From positions 70,372,001-70,436,000 of the forward strand of contig NW_024704743.1 of the NCBI RefSeq assembly GCF_018977255.1: 64,000 nucleotides of DNA, read 5' to 3'. The notes under the pieces are model-generated. The model was given only the letters and a program-made list of their open reading frames with translations. It was not told the origin of the DNA and did no database searches. Numbering within the stretch: position 1 is the first letter of the stretch; every line of letters starts with the position of its first letter. The stretch is from Callorhinchus milii. Taxonomy: Eukaryota. Below are positions 38,836-53,539 of the stretch, piece after piece. The translations under genes and the position numbers were made by a program.

Positions 38836-39205
38836 TAATAATCCTTGCATTTGATATAGCATCTTGTCACATCATTGGAATGTCCCAAAAGTATTTTACG
38901 GGATTTCTCCTGTGAAGTGTAATGACTAAGTATTTATAAGTGAATGTGACAGCCAATTTACACAGAGCAATATCCCACAATTATACTTGAAGTGAATGGC
39001 CAATTTTATTTGGAGAATTGTTGGCTGGGAGAAACTGTTCACTTTTCAAATAGTGGGAATCTTTAATGTTCACCTGAACAGGCAGATGGGAGCTTGATTT
39101 AACATCTCACTGAAAGGGCTGCACCTTTAATAATGCAGAGTTCTCTCAGCACTTTACTGGAGTGTCAGTCTAAACTATGGTCTCAGGTCCCAATGTAGGA
39201 CTTAA
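38836..39205 (-). mobile_element. Old long SINE
   Basis: Tail TAATAATCCTTGCATTTGATATAGC and body CACCTGAACAGGCAGATGGG...CTGGAGTGTCAGTCTA. Confidence 0.75.
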
Positions 39206-42200
39206 TAAACATCGAAGTGCAATTCACAATGTTAAAAGACAATCCAGGTTTATTACATGTATATACATACATATCTTGAAAAGAAAATTCTGAAAACATA
39301 ATTTATGTTTGTCAACCAAAGAGATAATCATTCTATGAAGTACAAACCATTACGAGGTCAGATTGCTGTGAGTTCCCTTATGCCTCATCTCCCAAAGGTG
39401 GCGCATTCCAAAATGCACAGAAATAATATTGTGGAATATTACTTGATTTTGAAAATAGACTAATAGTTGTGAACTGCTATCAGTGAAATTAATTGAATCT
39501 ATTGGTAGTGACAAGAAAAATATTAGTAGAAGAGTATGTGTGTGTGTTTAGGGAGGGGTATTAAGTACTGCAAGTGTTAATTTCGAAGCAGAAATTAACC
39601 AAACGGTCATTCAAAAGAAATGTAAGTATAATTTTGTTGACATAATTCACAATAAGGTGCATTCATACCTTTTGCCGTAACTCATTCCTGCTTAGAGCCT
39701 AGGTTTGAATTGGTATAATGCTAGATTATTTTGTCGTTGGATTTTATATGCACTTCACAGTGACAGCCTCTATATTAAAGAAGCTTATTCACACAGGCTT
39801 TTTTAAAAAATGTAATGAATCGTTACCACGAATCATCTTGGTGTGGTTTTGTTTGGTTGTGTGTATCAACTACCCAATCTTAATAACAATTTTATGACCT
39901 TTGAAGTTTTTTTTGACAGATGTGAATATGGAACAGAAAATTATCATCTCTAGTAATTGCAATGTTAGTGAGGCTGTTAAGATTGGAGACAGAATTGTGG
40001 CAGTTGAGAACAAATTTAACTTGGATGGTTACTATTCCTATCCTTATTACTAAACATTGACTTAATTTGCTCTGACAAACTGAAAACTGTATTCTTTTCT
40101 AACACAAGATAAACCTCCTAGTGGGACCCTCCCATAATCCTCTATCTCTTTATCGAATTGTTTTTATTAAGCAAACAATATTAAAACTACATATCCCAAT
40201 TGCAATTAGCAATAACATAACAGTGTCTGATAAATTCTCAAGAACTAAAGTCATTAATCCATTTCAAACAACACATTTTCATCAACTGTGGGTGTAAAAT
40301 AGTGCCTTAAGACTAGGTTTACTGAATAATAAAGCCAAAATTCACTTAAATAATCATGCTCCTGCCTTCCGTTATTATTTATTTCTATTTTGTTGATTCA
40401 AAGCCCCAGAAAGAACCTTCTTCCAATTCTGCAGGATGGTCTGAGGAATGAAATCAATGCATCAGCTTCAGTACAACACTGGTTTGTACTGCAGCTGATT
40501 TCAAATTAAATGTTAAACTTGATTGTCTGTTTGATTCCATTAAAAAGTAACTATGCCGTAGAATCATCAATTCGTTATAAACTGCTTCAGAAAACTGCAG
40601 CCTAGGAATATAAAGTTCCTTTCAGTGACATTCACACATTTCCATTTATTTTTCTTCATCATAAAATAGAGGTGATGTGACTTCGTGGTTTCATGAAGCT
40701 TGTTATGTATTTTCGTTCAGCTATGCAGCTTAGATTATTTTCTTTTGTTGAACATTTTGGACCTTTTCATAACCAAAAAAAGCCCAATAGCCAAACACTT
40801 ACTCGCAAACCTGAAGTCAACTGACATTTATTTTTGTCTAATAAAAGGTCCAAAAAGTCCAAGCGGAGGTTTTGATTAAAATGATGACCTTTTTTTGCCT
40901 TTGCCAACTTTGGGGTTAATATGTCAGCATTTGTCAGAATCTCAAAACAATGAACCTCAAAGCAGACATTGCAACATAATAGTTTGTAAATATCACATTT
41001 TAGATTCTATTATCGTTTTTCAAAATAATAATTTCTCCCTGTGTTGTTTCTAGATTACTTCTCCAGAATGAGGTTTCCTTTTAATGATGCGTCTGAAAAG
41101 ATTGTGTTAAGCCAAAAGGAGTTAAGCCAAGACAAAGACAATAATAGCAATGATTGTCAGTAGGAATATTGCTTGGAGAGTGTGGAAAACATTGGAAGCA
41201 TAGAACACCACCCAGGAGCTAGGCTCCAACAAGGCGTTCAGTATGTCTGCATTCTGCTGTCTGAAGTAAACAATTTCACATTTGCCTTTCACATTTTGGA
41301 TGTAGAGCTGCTGGGAACCAAGTCACCAACTGTATGAAAAACATCTGGAATCAAATCACGAGATTCAGAACTGAAATGGTTGCCACATAAATTGATTTTG
41401 AAGATTAGAAACGAATGCTCAAGTTGTTTCAGTTTGCCGGACAAAATTATTTGTTTACTGAGTGATATTATTGTTACTATGGAATCTCTAACTGATATTC
41501 TTTAGGTGAGGTGAGACATCTCTACAATAAAAAATGGAGAGAGAAAACAGAGGGAGTTGGAGGGAACTCATTCTGCATGTAGAAAATGAACTACTTTCAA
41601 AATGAGTAAAATCATCCCCACATAAGAATGTATTACATCAAAACAGAAAAATAGTGGAGATAGGAGCTACAATTGGTTTTAGTAATACTTATAAAAACAT
41701 GCACAGACTACTTCATAAAGTTATCTTACAGATAAAGTCGTAGGCAACCTTTTATTTAGTAGTCTGTGAAATGATCATAGTATGTACTTGCTTGGTTGTT
41801 ACTGGTTAGTTAAGGAATAAATACTACAGTATATTGTAGTTACATTGTAGCCATATGTTGCTTAGTAATGGTTGCTTGGCTTAACCAGTGTCTTTGAGCC
41901 AAACAAATATTTGCGCTTACTGGGAATTTTTTTGTTTCCTTCAATATAAAAGTGAAGCCTCTACAAACATCAACAAAATAGAAAGTACGTCATGATATAC
42001 AATATTTCAGTACTGTGATCTCTTGAAATAAATTAAACTCCAAAAAAGGTTTCAGGCAAAAACCTTGTGTATGGTCTTACATAATATAATAATAATGTTT
42101 GCAGTCACATAGGAAGGACATCTCAAAGCACTTCACAGAATTTACTGTGAAATGGAGACTATGTAATCCTAGGCATACAAGACAACACATTGCGCACAGC

Positions 42201-43706
42201 AATGTCATACAAACAGCCATGAAATGCATCTCAGCACTGACAAATTCCAAATGTCAAACACAAGACCATCAAAACTATCAAAGTTAGAATGTTTAATTTG
42301 TGCACAGAATTTTAGACCAATGTGTGTGAAGATTTTCAAAGTGAGGAACTATGGATGATACAAAATCATGGATTTATATAAAACCCACATACTGTGTAAT
42401 AAGAATCAGGTTTCACGTACCTCCTACAAAGTTTCTTGCCAAAGGAGGTAAACTGTGACGATTGTCAGAGAAATAAACTAAATGACAGACTTGAAGTAAG
42501 GAAGGATCATAAACTAAAAAAAGACCGTGGGACCTCACACTCCAAAAGACTGAAGAAGTTACTATAGTGCTAAAACTCATACCTCTTTATACTTAGTGAG
42601 CTGCTAACAGAGGGAAGAAGCCTGACTGACTGACGTAATAAATCATGGGAGCAAGGCAAATTAACATTGAATTTAATTTTTTTTCTATGTTTTGGAACAG
42701 TAATTCGACTGACATCGATGAAAGAAAATAAACCCTGTAGTACAGATCTCAAACAAGGTTCTTATTGCCACCTGGGCTGGGAGAGATTTCATTGTATTGG
42801 GGGAACATTGTCCCCTAAGATTAGAGGTCGTCTTAAAGGGAGTGTTTAATTTCCCTGTTTAAATTTGTATCTGGAAATGAACAAATAAGCAAAACATCCA
42901 AATATTACCCTGCAGATATTTGCATTTCCATTCACTGTTCTATAAAACATTTAGGGGAGGTAATATTTTTAAATTGAGAAAATGATTTTCACCTTGCAAC
43001 TATCCGAACAATTTAAATGCATTTGAAGATTGACTCTTTCTCAGATACCTCATTCAGTAATAACATGCACAGCAAGTGTAATTGGTAGCTGAAAAAAAGA
43101 CTTCATTTCACATGAGTATATTGATTAACAGGGCTATCTACAAAATATACTGCAATGTGTGATACTAGCAATCAGACTTAATATTTGCTCTACAAATAAA
43201 GTTGATCAAACATGTTCTCCTCAATCCAGAACAATTAAATATACAATATATTTTGAAACTGTTTTCTAAATTAGACAAATTACATATGAATGATTGTCTA
43301 ACGTTTTGTTGATGTTGATTTGAAACAGATCTTTATGTATTATTGGTTTAACTTAAAATGATATCTCAGCATAACTCGTTTTAAAACTGCATGTAGTTCA
43401 AAACTTAAATGCATTTGAAGATTGGGAAATTGTTCTTATACTGTTCAGAATCAATATTTGAACAACCTTGAACATTACTCTAATGTGGCAAGTATATTTG
43501 TGCAGTAAATATTATAAACAGAAGATTCCCCAAATGGAGTCAAAGGGTGACACTGAGTAATGGGGGAATAATACAAATCTCTGCATTTGATACAGTGCCT
43601 TTCATGCCGCTCAAAGTGCTTCAAAGGATTTAAAGCGCTTTATCAAATGCAAGGATTATTATTATTATTCTAAAGTGTAGTGTCTGTATCTGTTCTGTGT
43701 GTCAGT

Positions 43707-44048
43707 CTGGTGCAGTGGTAACATTCTCACCTCTGAGTCCGAAAATTGAGCGAGGTTGACACCCATTGTTATCACGCTATTAAAGGTGCCATACGCTTGG
43801 AGGAGGTTTTAAAAGTAAGATGTGGTTTGCCTGTTCATCAGGCAAACATTAAAGATTGTATGACACTATTCGAAAGATGGGGGAAGTTTCTCAAGTCTCA
43901 AAATAAATTGATCATGGCTGTTTGTAGGCTCTTGCTGGTGCAAATGACTGCCTATGTTTCTCTACGAACAGTTGCTAAATTTGATAATGGTTACTTGTGA
44001 TGCACTTTGAGAAATGATGAAGTGGTATAAAAATGCAATTTTGTTCTT
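43707..44048 (+). mobile_element. Old long SINE
   Basis: Head TGGTGCAGTGGTAACATTCTCACCTCTGAGTC and core GGCTGTTTGTAGGCTCTTGCTG. Confidence 0.65.
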
Positions 44049-45569
44049 ATGTAAATATCTTTGAATTTCACTGTTAGGCCCTCTTCAGAAAATTAGACAA
44101 GTCACAGAAATGACATTCAATACCCTCTGTTGCTGCTTTTTTCAATATTTTTAGGGAAATGTCTGAGAGGATATAATAATTTAAGGAGTGTGAAGAAGCT
44201 GAATTATCATACACAGTTGAAATTATAAGATCGCTAAAGCACCCCAGATTAATGATTGTACCTCTGCTGAAGTTAACTCAGTTCCCTCAACTGGTGGACT
44301 AAGTAACGCCTCAAACTCTGAAGTTTTGGGAGAAGCAGGAAGATGTAAAAGAGCTACAAATCTCTTGCTGCAATAATGTCGCATGCATGCAACAAGATTT
44401 ATGTAATTCAACATGATTTACACCATAATGTTGTGGTTTTGCAAATGAATTAATACAAATGCCACAATCACAATTTCATTATCACAGTGTTTCATGAATA
44501 TAATAAAATATATAGATGGTTAGGAAAAAGAGATTGTTCAGTACAAAATATATACATTAGACACAGCTATGAAAAGATATTTCTTCTGGATAGTGATAGC
44601 AAAATAAATACAATTGGTTAATAACTGTGGCATATTGACCAGACAACTAGTGGGATTTAGAGTTAACTGGTTCAGTGGTCACACTGTACTTCTAATCTAT
44701 TTGTTTTGCTCAGAAATGCAATTAGTTAATTCTCTAAATATTGTTGTAAATTATATCACTTTTAACTACTACAGCATTTAAGTGATTAAGTGTGTATTTA
44801 GTCAAGTTATTAGAATACACTAAACACATCTAACCTCCACTACACAGTCTGTTCACTTTAAAAAAGGCCGATCATTTCATATTGTTCATCCCTATGGCCT
44901 GTTATTACAGTTCATCTGTTTGACTAGATGGTTAAAAACTGGTCCTCTCTCTTGCGTTTTTTTAAAAAACAGAAGTCACTCAAATATATTCCACCAGCTG
45001 GGAGAGCTAAATTTCAATTTGATAATTTAAAGTGTATAAATATTTTACTAATGCTGCCTATTTATAGCCTCCCTTTCCTTACTTTGTCTCCAGTGAAGCT
45101 GAATATCCTCCTCCTGAAATGGGATGGACATCCTGGTGCTGGGACTTCTCTATATTCATCGTCAATGCTATTTCATGCTCAGCTAACATAACCACGTTGT
45201 ACCTTTATGAAGAGTAAAACAGGTCCTACCAGATTTTATTCCACTTGAGAGGCCATTGTCACTCAATTAAGTAATTTATCCAGCAATTTGGTTGAGAAGT
45301 AGTGAAATTCACTGCTGAGGACTGGAATGTTTCAATAACAGCTATAAATTGCACTCTATGGTGCCCTTTGCCTGGGTGTCCAGTGGTCAATTAGTAATTA
45401 CAAAGTTGTTTGGCTTGCAGATTCAGCCAAAGATATTCAGATTGGTGGTCCATTTTGTGGAAACGTTAGCCCACTTTAGCTTTACACATTTATATTTTAA
45501 ATGCATTATTTTCTCATCTGTAAACTTGGAAGCTAAAAGAATGTACACCTTGCTACTGTTTATACCAAT

Positions 45570-45965
45570 AGTAATCCTTGCATTTGATATACCATCTTTA
45601 ACAATGAAATGCCTCATTATTAACTGTGTACTTGCAGGTGCACACATCAGCCAATGCTCACAACAATATCCCACAAACAGCCACAAAGTGAATGATTAAT
45701 TTTATCTGAAGGATTGTTGGCCGGGACCCTGGGAAAACCTCCCTTCTCTTTTCAAATAGCACCACGGTATATTTAACATTCACCCAAACAGAGGGACAGT
45801 ACTTTGGTTTAACAATTCATCTGGAAGACACCACTTTTGACAATGCAGCATTACCCTAGCACTTCACCGGAGTGTCAGCCTAGCTTAAAGTCCTGACATG
45901 GTACCAACCTTTTTACTCGGAGAGCCCCATTTAAATAATTTTACTGACTGAGCCAGACTGGCACC
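45570..45965 (-). mobile_element. Old long SINE
   Basis: Tail AATCCTTGCATTTGATATA, core TCCCACAAACAGCC and head remnant ACTGAGCCAGACTGGCACC. Confidence 0.72.
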
Positions 45966-46437
45966 TATATTTTAATGCACTACAATGGGCTCCAATTTCA
46001 GACAACAGGCAGATTTATTACCAGTAGAGGGGACAGTCATAATTGAACGTCTAAGCTTGGCTCAGACTACACTTTTGTTTCTGTTGAAGGACATAGTCTA
46101 ATCAAATAATGTATATTTTGCTAGTCTGCCAAACATTTGATGTGATGATACAATTTGTGCTGAAATGCGTCAATTTAAATACATCATCACTTTTCTTGTA
46201 GCGAAGATCCTGAGACAAAAAACAGACAAGGAACTGTTCAAATTCTCTCGCTCTCCACAACAGAGACAAACCGTTTTGACAAACTATAATGCAAAGTCAT
46301 CTACTAATCCTATTTATAGTCCATCTCTTATCAGTTCAAATTTGGGTGTATTCTCCTTTGGTTTTTCAGCTGCTCAGTTTTTGCACACAGCTCATGCAAA
46401 TTTTTAAGAAAATAGTTCACATACAAGTAAACCATTT

Positions 46438-46728
46438 ACAACAACAACATTACATTTGTATAGTGCCTTTCACGTCGGGAGGATGTCCCAAGGCGCTGAA
46501 CAGTGTACAGCATTTTGGACCCGAGCTGAGGTCGGGAAGGGGGGTCGCCGATGGCACAGTCAAAGAGGAGAGTCTTGAGGTGGGATTGAAGGAGGCTAAG
46601 GAGGGAGCGAGGCAGAGTGATTGAGGGATGGAATTTCAGAGGTGGGGGCAGAGTGACTCAAGGCTCTCCCGCCAATGGTGGGATGGGTGGGTCGGGGGAT
46701 GTGGAGCAAGCCAGAGCCAGCTGAGCGG
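46438..46728 (-). mobile_element. L2 LINE 3' end
   Basis: A (CAA)n tail followed by GTGCCTTTCACGTCGGGAGGATGTCCCAAGGCGCT, matching the 58.5-kb L2 tail. Confidence 0.88.
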
Positions 46729-46904
46729 CTCATTTAACCTTATTATCTGTTGTCTTTCCTGCATTAAATTAAACTGAAAAAAAGGATTCTCTACCCTATT
46801 TCACCTGAATTAATTGCATTATTTGCTTTTCATGGGACAAACATATTTGTGCATAAACTGGGATGTTTTCATTTGAGCAATCCACAAGAGGAAGGATGTC
46901 CAGG

Positions 46905-47605
46905 CAACTATAGGAAGGATGTGAAAGCCATAGAGAAGATGTAGAGAAGAATTACTAGGACACTACATGGGAGAGAGGTTTTACTTATGAGGAAGATACT
47001 GGACAAATTATCTGCTTTTCCCTAGAACACAGAATTATGAGAAGAGACTTAGTAGAGCTTTTAAAATTATGAAGGATTTTGAAAAATTAAACAGGGAGAA
47101 GTTATATCTGCTGGCCTGTGAGTTCAGCACCTTAAGACATCCTCCCGACGTGAAATGAGCTATACAAATTAATTTGTTGTTGCTGTTGTTGAGTTGCTAG
47201 CTGGAGGGTTTAGATGGTAACTGGAGGGAGGGGGAAGAACGGGCCATAAAATCAAAATCTGCTTGATGACAGGGCCACAACAGCCAGTCACTATACATGT
47301 ACACTGTCTCACGTCCTGTGCACCAGCGAAATCCTGCACTAAAAATGGAGCATTGCTGCCCATGTCCCTTCTTTCGTACAACCCAAGTACAGGCTGCTGG
47401 ATAACTGCCTACATGAGCAGTCAGTGTGGTCCACATCCCATTTTTGCTATAACACAACCCGCCTTCTTAAGAAGTGCGTTATAATACAGTGTCATTGTTT
47501 AAAAGGATATAGGGAAAGGCAGAGGAATGGAAATAATCAGACAGCTGTTTCAGAGAGCCAGAACAGGCACAATGACCTGATTGGCTTTCTTCGTTGCTGT
47601 AGTTT
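46905..47605 (+). mobile_element. Degenerate CR1 pieces (~46905-47125 and ~47460-47605) with an L2 tail at about 47125-47190
   Basis: Contains TATAGGAAGGATGTGAAAGCCATAGAGAAG...GAGACTTAGTAGAGCTTTTAAAATTATGAAGG, which resembles the CR1 ORF2 C-terminus. Confidence 0.62.
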
Positions 47606-47906
47606 TTTTAATGGTTGCTTTAAGTAGGCTCACATCAGTGTTAAAAGTAATACACAATGAAATGTCCAGTACACTTAAGCACTAAAGTCAATATTTTGTG
47701 CATGGCCAACCTCAAAAGTAAATTCTGAGATCCACTCTCCCAGGGTTTTATAGATAATAAATTGTGGCACCTGCGGTAAAAAAAACATTTGAGCTTACAA
47801 TAGAGATGGAAGAGTTGCCCTTTTACATGTTACAAGATTCAAAGTAGTTTGCACTTTTCAAAAAGGTTTGGTTGCTGAGGTCTTTGCATAGGGGTATTGC
47901 CTTAAC

Positions 47907-48718
47907 ACAACAACAACAGTAACTACTCCTTGCATTTAATATAGCTCCGAGCTTATCTGACAACGAGCCAGGGGAAAGGGAGAGGGGAGGTGACTGTAAG
48001 CACAATCAGAAAGGTTTTTAGGCCGGATTTAAAGGTAGGGAGGGCCGGGGCAAGGCGGAGGGATCGAAGGACAGAGTTCCAGAGTTTCGGGGCGTAGTGG
48101 CTGAAGGCACGGCCATTGATGGTAAAACAGAGGGCATGAGGGACAAGCAGGAGGCCAGAGTCAGCGAGCAGATGCAGCGGGTGGTGGACTGGGGAGTAAG
48201 CAGATCGGATAGGTAGAGGGTTGCGAGCGCATGAAGGGATTTGAAAATGAGTGAAAGGATCTTGAAATCAATCCATTCAGTGATTGGGAGCCTGGCAAGG
48301 ACTGATGTGATGGGGGTAAGGAGTTTCGTGTGGGTGAGTATCCGGGTGGCGGAGTTTTTAATTAATTGGATTTTGTGTATAGTGGAGCTGGGGAGACCAG
48401 TGAGGAGGGCACTGGAATAGTCCAGCTGCGAAGTGATAAAGGCGTGGATGAGAGTTTCAGCTGCGTCAGTTGTGAGGTGTGGACGGAGGCGGGCAATGTG
48501 ACAGAGGTGGAAAAAAGCAGGTCCTGGTCAGGGAATGGATGTGTGGTTAAAAGAAAAGCTGGGGATCGAACCTGACGCCTAAGTTACGCACGTGTTCGGA
48601 GAGTCTGAGGGAGAGCCTGGGGTGTTTGAGGAGTTCAGACCCACAGGAGAGAAGACATTGACAGCAGCCAAAGAATATGTCTTGCTGATATTCAGCTGCA
48701 GGAAATTTGCGCTAACAC
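47907..48718 (-). mobile_element. L2 LINE 3' fragment, older subfamily
   Basis: A (CAA)n tail at the left end, followed by purine-rich sequence homologous to the reverse complement of the L2 ORF2 C-terminus (e.g. GGATCTTGAAATCAATCC). Confidence 0.85.
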
Positions 48719-49339
48719 ACCATACTATTTTAAGAAGTTCTGCAACTTTCACATGCAAGCAGCACTTTTCCTGCTGTTACAAAATCTTTTCTTTTCCATG
48801 TTTTTTTGTAAATACGGTATTTCTGTTCAATGAAGTATACAGAGGTAGATAGCAGTAGCTTTGGATAACTTAACACTGCTATACTTTGAACATCCAGTGT
48901 CAGAAATCAAGCATTCCCGTGTAGGACTCATGTGTTGCTGAACTGTCTCAGGTTATTATTGCCAACTTGGTGTACATTGCAAGCAATGTTTTCCTATGAG
49001 CTAACCCTTTTACCACAAATAAAGGTGGAGTTAATTTTGATCTAAAATCATTCTGTTTGTGTAGCTTCTAAAAGTAGGCAATGAGGTCAGAGGTAAGGGC
49101 ACTTTCTGAGCTCTCCTACCACAAGACAAGAGAACAATACTAATGTTGACAGGTGGTTTTGGAAATCATTCAAAAAGCATAAATATCAAATGAGACACAA
49201 TAACAAGCTGGGCAAGCTGGTGTGTAAGAAACATTTACCACAACTGTTTCAGGCATTACACTGGGTCTAATCTGTAATCTAGGCAAACCAGATTCAATAC
49301 CTGTAATGTATAACATAACAAAATGAAGGTATTATCACC

Positions 49340-49735
49340 CTTTATTGATCACACTTTTCAGCTCTTTCTCCATATCCTCAATATTTTTACTTCCCTTTTG
49401 TAATGATTCTATTGATCCATCCTCAACAGTTACTTGTTATTTTGAATTTCACACCTTAACAACCTCTCAACTTTAAACAATTCTAACTTCTCCCTACTTA
49501 TTTTTCTAACAATACTCTTGAGATTCTGTCCCCTTGTCACTGATTTCCCCAAACAAAGGAAATTATTTTCCCTCTTTACATTATCGTGTCCCTTTAGAAT
49601 ATTAAAGACCTCTATTATATCCCCTCTATGTTCTCTGTTTCAATGGAAGAAGTCCTAATTTAACCAACCTCTCCTCAGATCTATATCATCTGATACCCGG
49701 TATCACCTGAATTAATCTACTCTGCCTCCCCCTCA
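49340..49735 (-). mobile_element. Degenerate CR1 3' fragment
   Basis: Contains TGTCCCCTTGTCACTGA and TTAAAGACCTCTATTATATCCCCTCT...AACCTCTCCTCAGA, the reverse complement of a CR1 ORF2 end. Confidence 0.68.
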
Positions 49736-52700
49736 CCTCTCCGTCTCTAACAATATTATTCCTTATTACATTAGTTCAGTTAGTCAAATTCAGGTATTCT
49801 GAGGACAGCTAATATAGTCTAAACATTCTGCTATCCACTTTCAATCATACTGTTCAGAAAACGCAATATGTACATTTCTGAAGCTGGGCAGTTTCTATTT
49901 CTATTGATGGGCACAAAGATCCCTTTTAATGGTGCTTCTAAGTCTCATTCCCTCCTCTTTCTCCAGATCAGGCTTCCAGTCAGCTTTCAGTCAGAAGACC
50001 TCAAAAATGCAGCATTTGCTCAAATTTCCACTTAGGGTTAAATCCCATTTAAAAAAATAACTTCTTGTTTTCAGAGACCATGGCTTTTGACATAATGAAA
50101 ATAAACTAATTTTTATTGTCACTTTGAATACGTTAAATACTATTTCTGCGTTTATTTAGTCATTAAAAAAGGCCAAAATGAAATCAACTTCTTCTTGTCA
50201 AAGTTAGCTGTCAAAAGTATTTTGTTAACTTGTGTTTCCATGTAGTTTTAATATGCTAATTCTTATCAATATTTATGGCTAATTTTCAATTCAGTGTTAA
50301 CAATTTGCTTCAGAAATAAGTACTTTTAACCTCCCAGTGTTGTGCCTGCTGAGTTCCAGCCTGTTTACAGGACCTAAGCTTGGATGCTTGTGAAGAGAGT
50401 ACCTGGAGAGAAAAGGTCCCCAGGAACAGCCAATAACTTCCTGGTTATTGTTGCACTATTTGTAATCACCATGGATTAAAATTTACTAAGATAAGTTAAT
50501 GTTCATGAATGCAATGAATGAATGAGAATTCCCCACATTGATGAAAGAGAAATCCTTCATCAACTGACCAAGGCTACTACAGGTAAAGTTTATTCTTGTG
50601 CAGTGGCAATTACAGGTGTCCTTAAATTAAGTAATTAATAACCAATGAAAAATTAAAAATATATTGATTAAGTAAAAGAAAATGAAAGACAGTAATATAT
50701 ATATCCTGTGAAGCACTTCAAGACGTCCAAACAATCTGAAAGGCTCTATATCAAATGTAAGGATTAATTATTATTAATACTCATATAATTAAGGACATGT
50801 ATAATTCCCTCTGTATACATGAACCTGCATATATGTTTACACAATGCACGTAATAGACCTCAGAGTGTAGAATCCAGTTTTTAGTGTTAAGAATTGGAGT
50901 AGATTTTACTTCATGCTTTTGGAGACACTTCATGGTGCCATTACTTCTAGGCTGTCAGCAAAACATAGTTACACATTTAAAACTAAGTTGCCGTGAATCT
51001 TGCAATAGTTATCTACCTGTTAAAATTAACAAGAGATTGATTACAATATGGCCAGCAATAAAGTTCACTTACACAGAAGGAATACTATAATATTATTTTC
51101 ATAGGTACAATACTAAGGCCCTTTTTAGGCTTTGAAGCCCAATAAAACTTGTTGAAAAAATTCAGATTCCAGGCACTGGGCAGTGATTTACTTTGTCTTG
51201 AGAAAAAAGAGTCCAGTTTCTAAACACTTCCTTAACAATTCTAGAAGTTTATTGCAAAATCATTTGAACAGCACAAAATTTGATAAGCATTGGGTTTTTT
51301 TATTTTCAGAAATTCAGACCCCTATGGAATAATATTTATTTAAGACCTGTACTTCTCTGGTTTTAGGTTTCGGATATATTGCGAAATACAAAACTATTTG
51401 GTACAACATCCTTATTTTGTATCACTATACTATTTGTGCAGTTTGATACACCTTGTTGAAAAATCAATATTGATTTTTTTGGGTCACTAAGTAACATCCA
51501 TCAGAATTTAATACATTAAAAAAAAATTGAGTCAACTCTTCGCATCATGGATAACCATCCATATTCAAATGTAATCAGATTACAATTTGCAATATTAATA
51601 TGTTCTAAATTTGAATTTATTTCTGAGTACTTTAGGTGTGGAACACCATTTCTGCTTATTTCATTGTAAATGCTCTGATGGGCACTATCTTACATTGCTC
51701 AACTGCAGTTTCCATTGTTCTAAGAAATCGACATTGGTATTTAAATTCTTCCCCTCTACCACACAAGAATACATACAGAATCTAAATCTATAATTTATAT
51801 TTGGATTGAGCTAATTTGCTCATCTCAAATTCACAACACTGGATTACTTTGCAACAGGAGTGTTGACTATAGTAAGATAGAACAGACTGCAATTTGCTCA
51901 AATTATTTAACTATTATTTAACCACGTTATATAACATAGGATTGACAAAACAAATCACATCCCACAATGAGTGAGCAAATGCCAATTTAAGCTGTTCTAT
52001 TTTTCTCCTTCTAATTTTCTCTCCGTTTCTTATCTTGGACTCGTGTTAGGATAAGATTCTACAGCTTCCACCTGAACCCCAGTATCTTGCTCAGAGTGCC
52101 AATTTTCAAGTGAGCTGAACCAGCAATTATTGGCAAACTACGTGAATATGGGGTACCATGACCAAGACTGATATTGTCTTCAACCAAACAGGGTTTGCTA
52201 GGCTTGAAAAAGATCAAGCCATGTGTTGCAAGTTTTCCCCTAATCTAACTGGTGTTGATTTGACCGAAAGGTTATTATGTGGTAGAGTTAAAAAGTAGAA
52301 GATGTTCCATAATCTTGGACTGCTGGACTCAAGATACACCCCATTCTTCTTTCTCCTTCCCCAATAAAAAAAAACAAGGATTGCATTTAAAGGTCTTTGC
52401 AGAAAGATTATTTTGTTACCTTTAGTCCAAAAAAATTGTATGCTTTGATAATTGTTATACTTGTTAAGGACTCATTTTGATCAATTTCTTTATGTTAAGG
52501 CTTGTTATATTGAACCAATCATTTTAACGTATTGCCCAAGGTCAAATAACTGCTTTCTGAATAATTTCCCATCCCGATTTCTAAGTGAGTGCGGCAAAAT
52601 AGACATTTTACATAACTTTCTTTTTACACAACCTCAATATGGTAAATAAGTTAATGACTTTATCTGGATTTTAAGCGCTCCGAGCGCCACCCCGTGTGAA

Positions 52701-53539
52701 GGGTGCTATATAATGCAAGCTTTTGTTGTTGCTGTAGGTTTCATGAAAAAGTATCCAAATATTTTCATCAAGAAATTAGCTAACACATCATACATAATCA
52801 ATTGTAGATTGTATTGTACAAAAGTTAATTGTATTGTTAGAGTAGATCAGAGTTTGGAAAGTTTAATTAAAATAAATGAAACTATCCAAATTTATTTAGT
52901 TCAAAATGAAAAGCTGGTTCTCCCCACTAACCTCCCCACACACAAAAGAACACTTTGAGACACTTACTGGAGCTATCTTTAGCAAATGTACTTTTGAATT
53001 TGCACTTACTAAACATTGGGATTAGTACACTTGAATAGTCTTGCATTTTGCATTCCCCTTTGTTTGAGGCATTTCCCTTTGTGAAAGGTGCTACTTTATT
53101 TAAATGCATGTTGTTGTTTATCAATTGCCTGCAGCAGGACAAGCAAAATAATCTTACCAAATTGAAAGCAGGTTTTCAACAACTAGTTTTAAAATTAAAA
53201 TGACTTGTGATTTTTTACTCACTTAACAATCATATCCTTTTTCAATCATGTATCCACTTATAACAGGTTTAGAACTATTTCCATTTGCTTTTGTACAAAT
53301 AGAAGAAAAGTGTTTATAGTCCATACAAACCCCAACCCATCCTATTCTCCTGTTGATGTTCTCAATCATTCAGTGTTCTGGACTTTGCATTTCAGGTGCA
53401 TTCCCTCCGCACACAGTATTTCAGGCAGCTGCTTCTACAGACACTGACACACCTGCAGCAATCCATCCTGTAGTACAAGATACAACACTTCTGCTCATGG
53501 GCAAAATGGAGAGCCCAATGCAAAGTTACAGGAGAGGGG

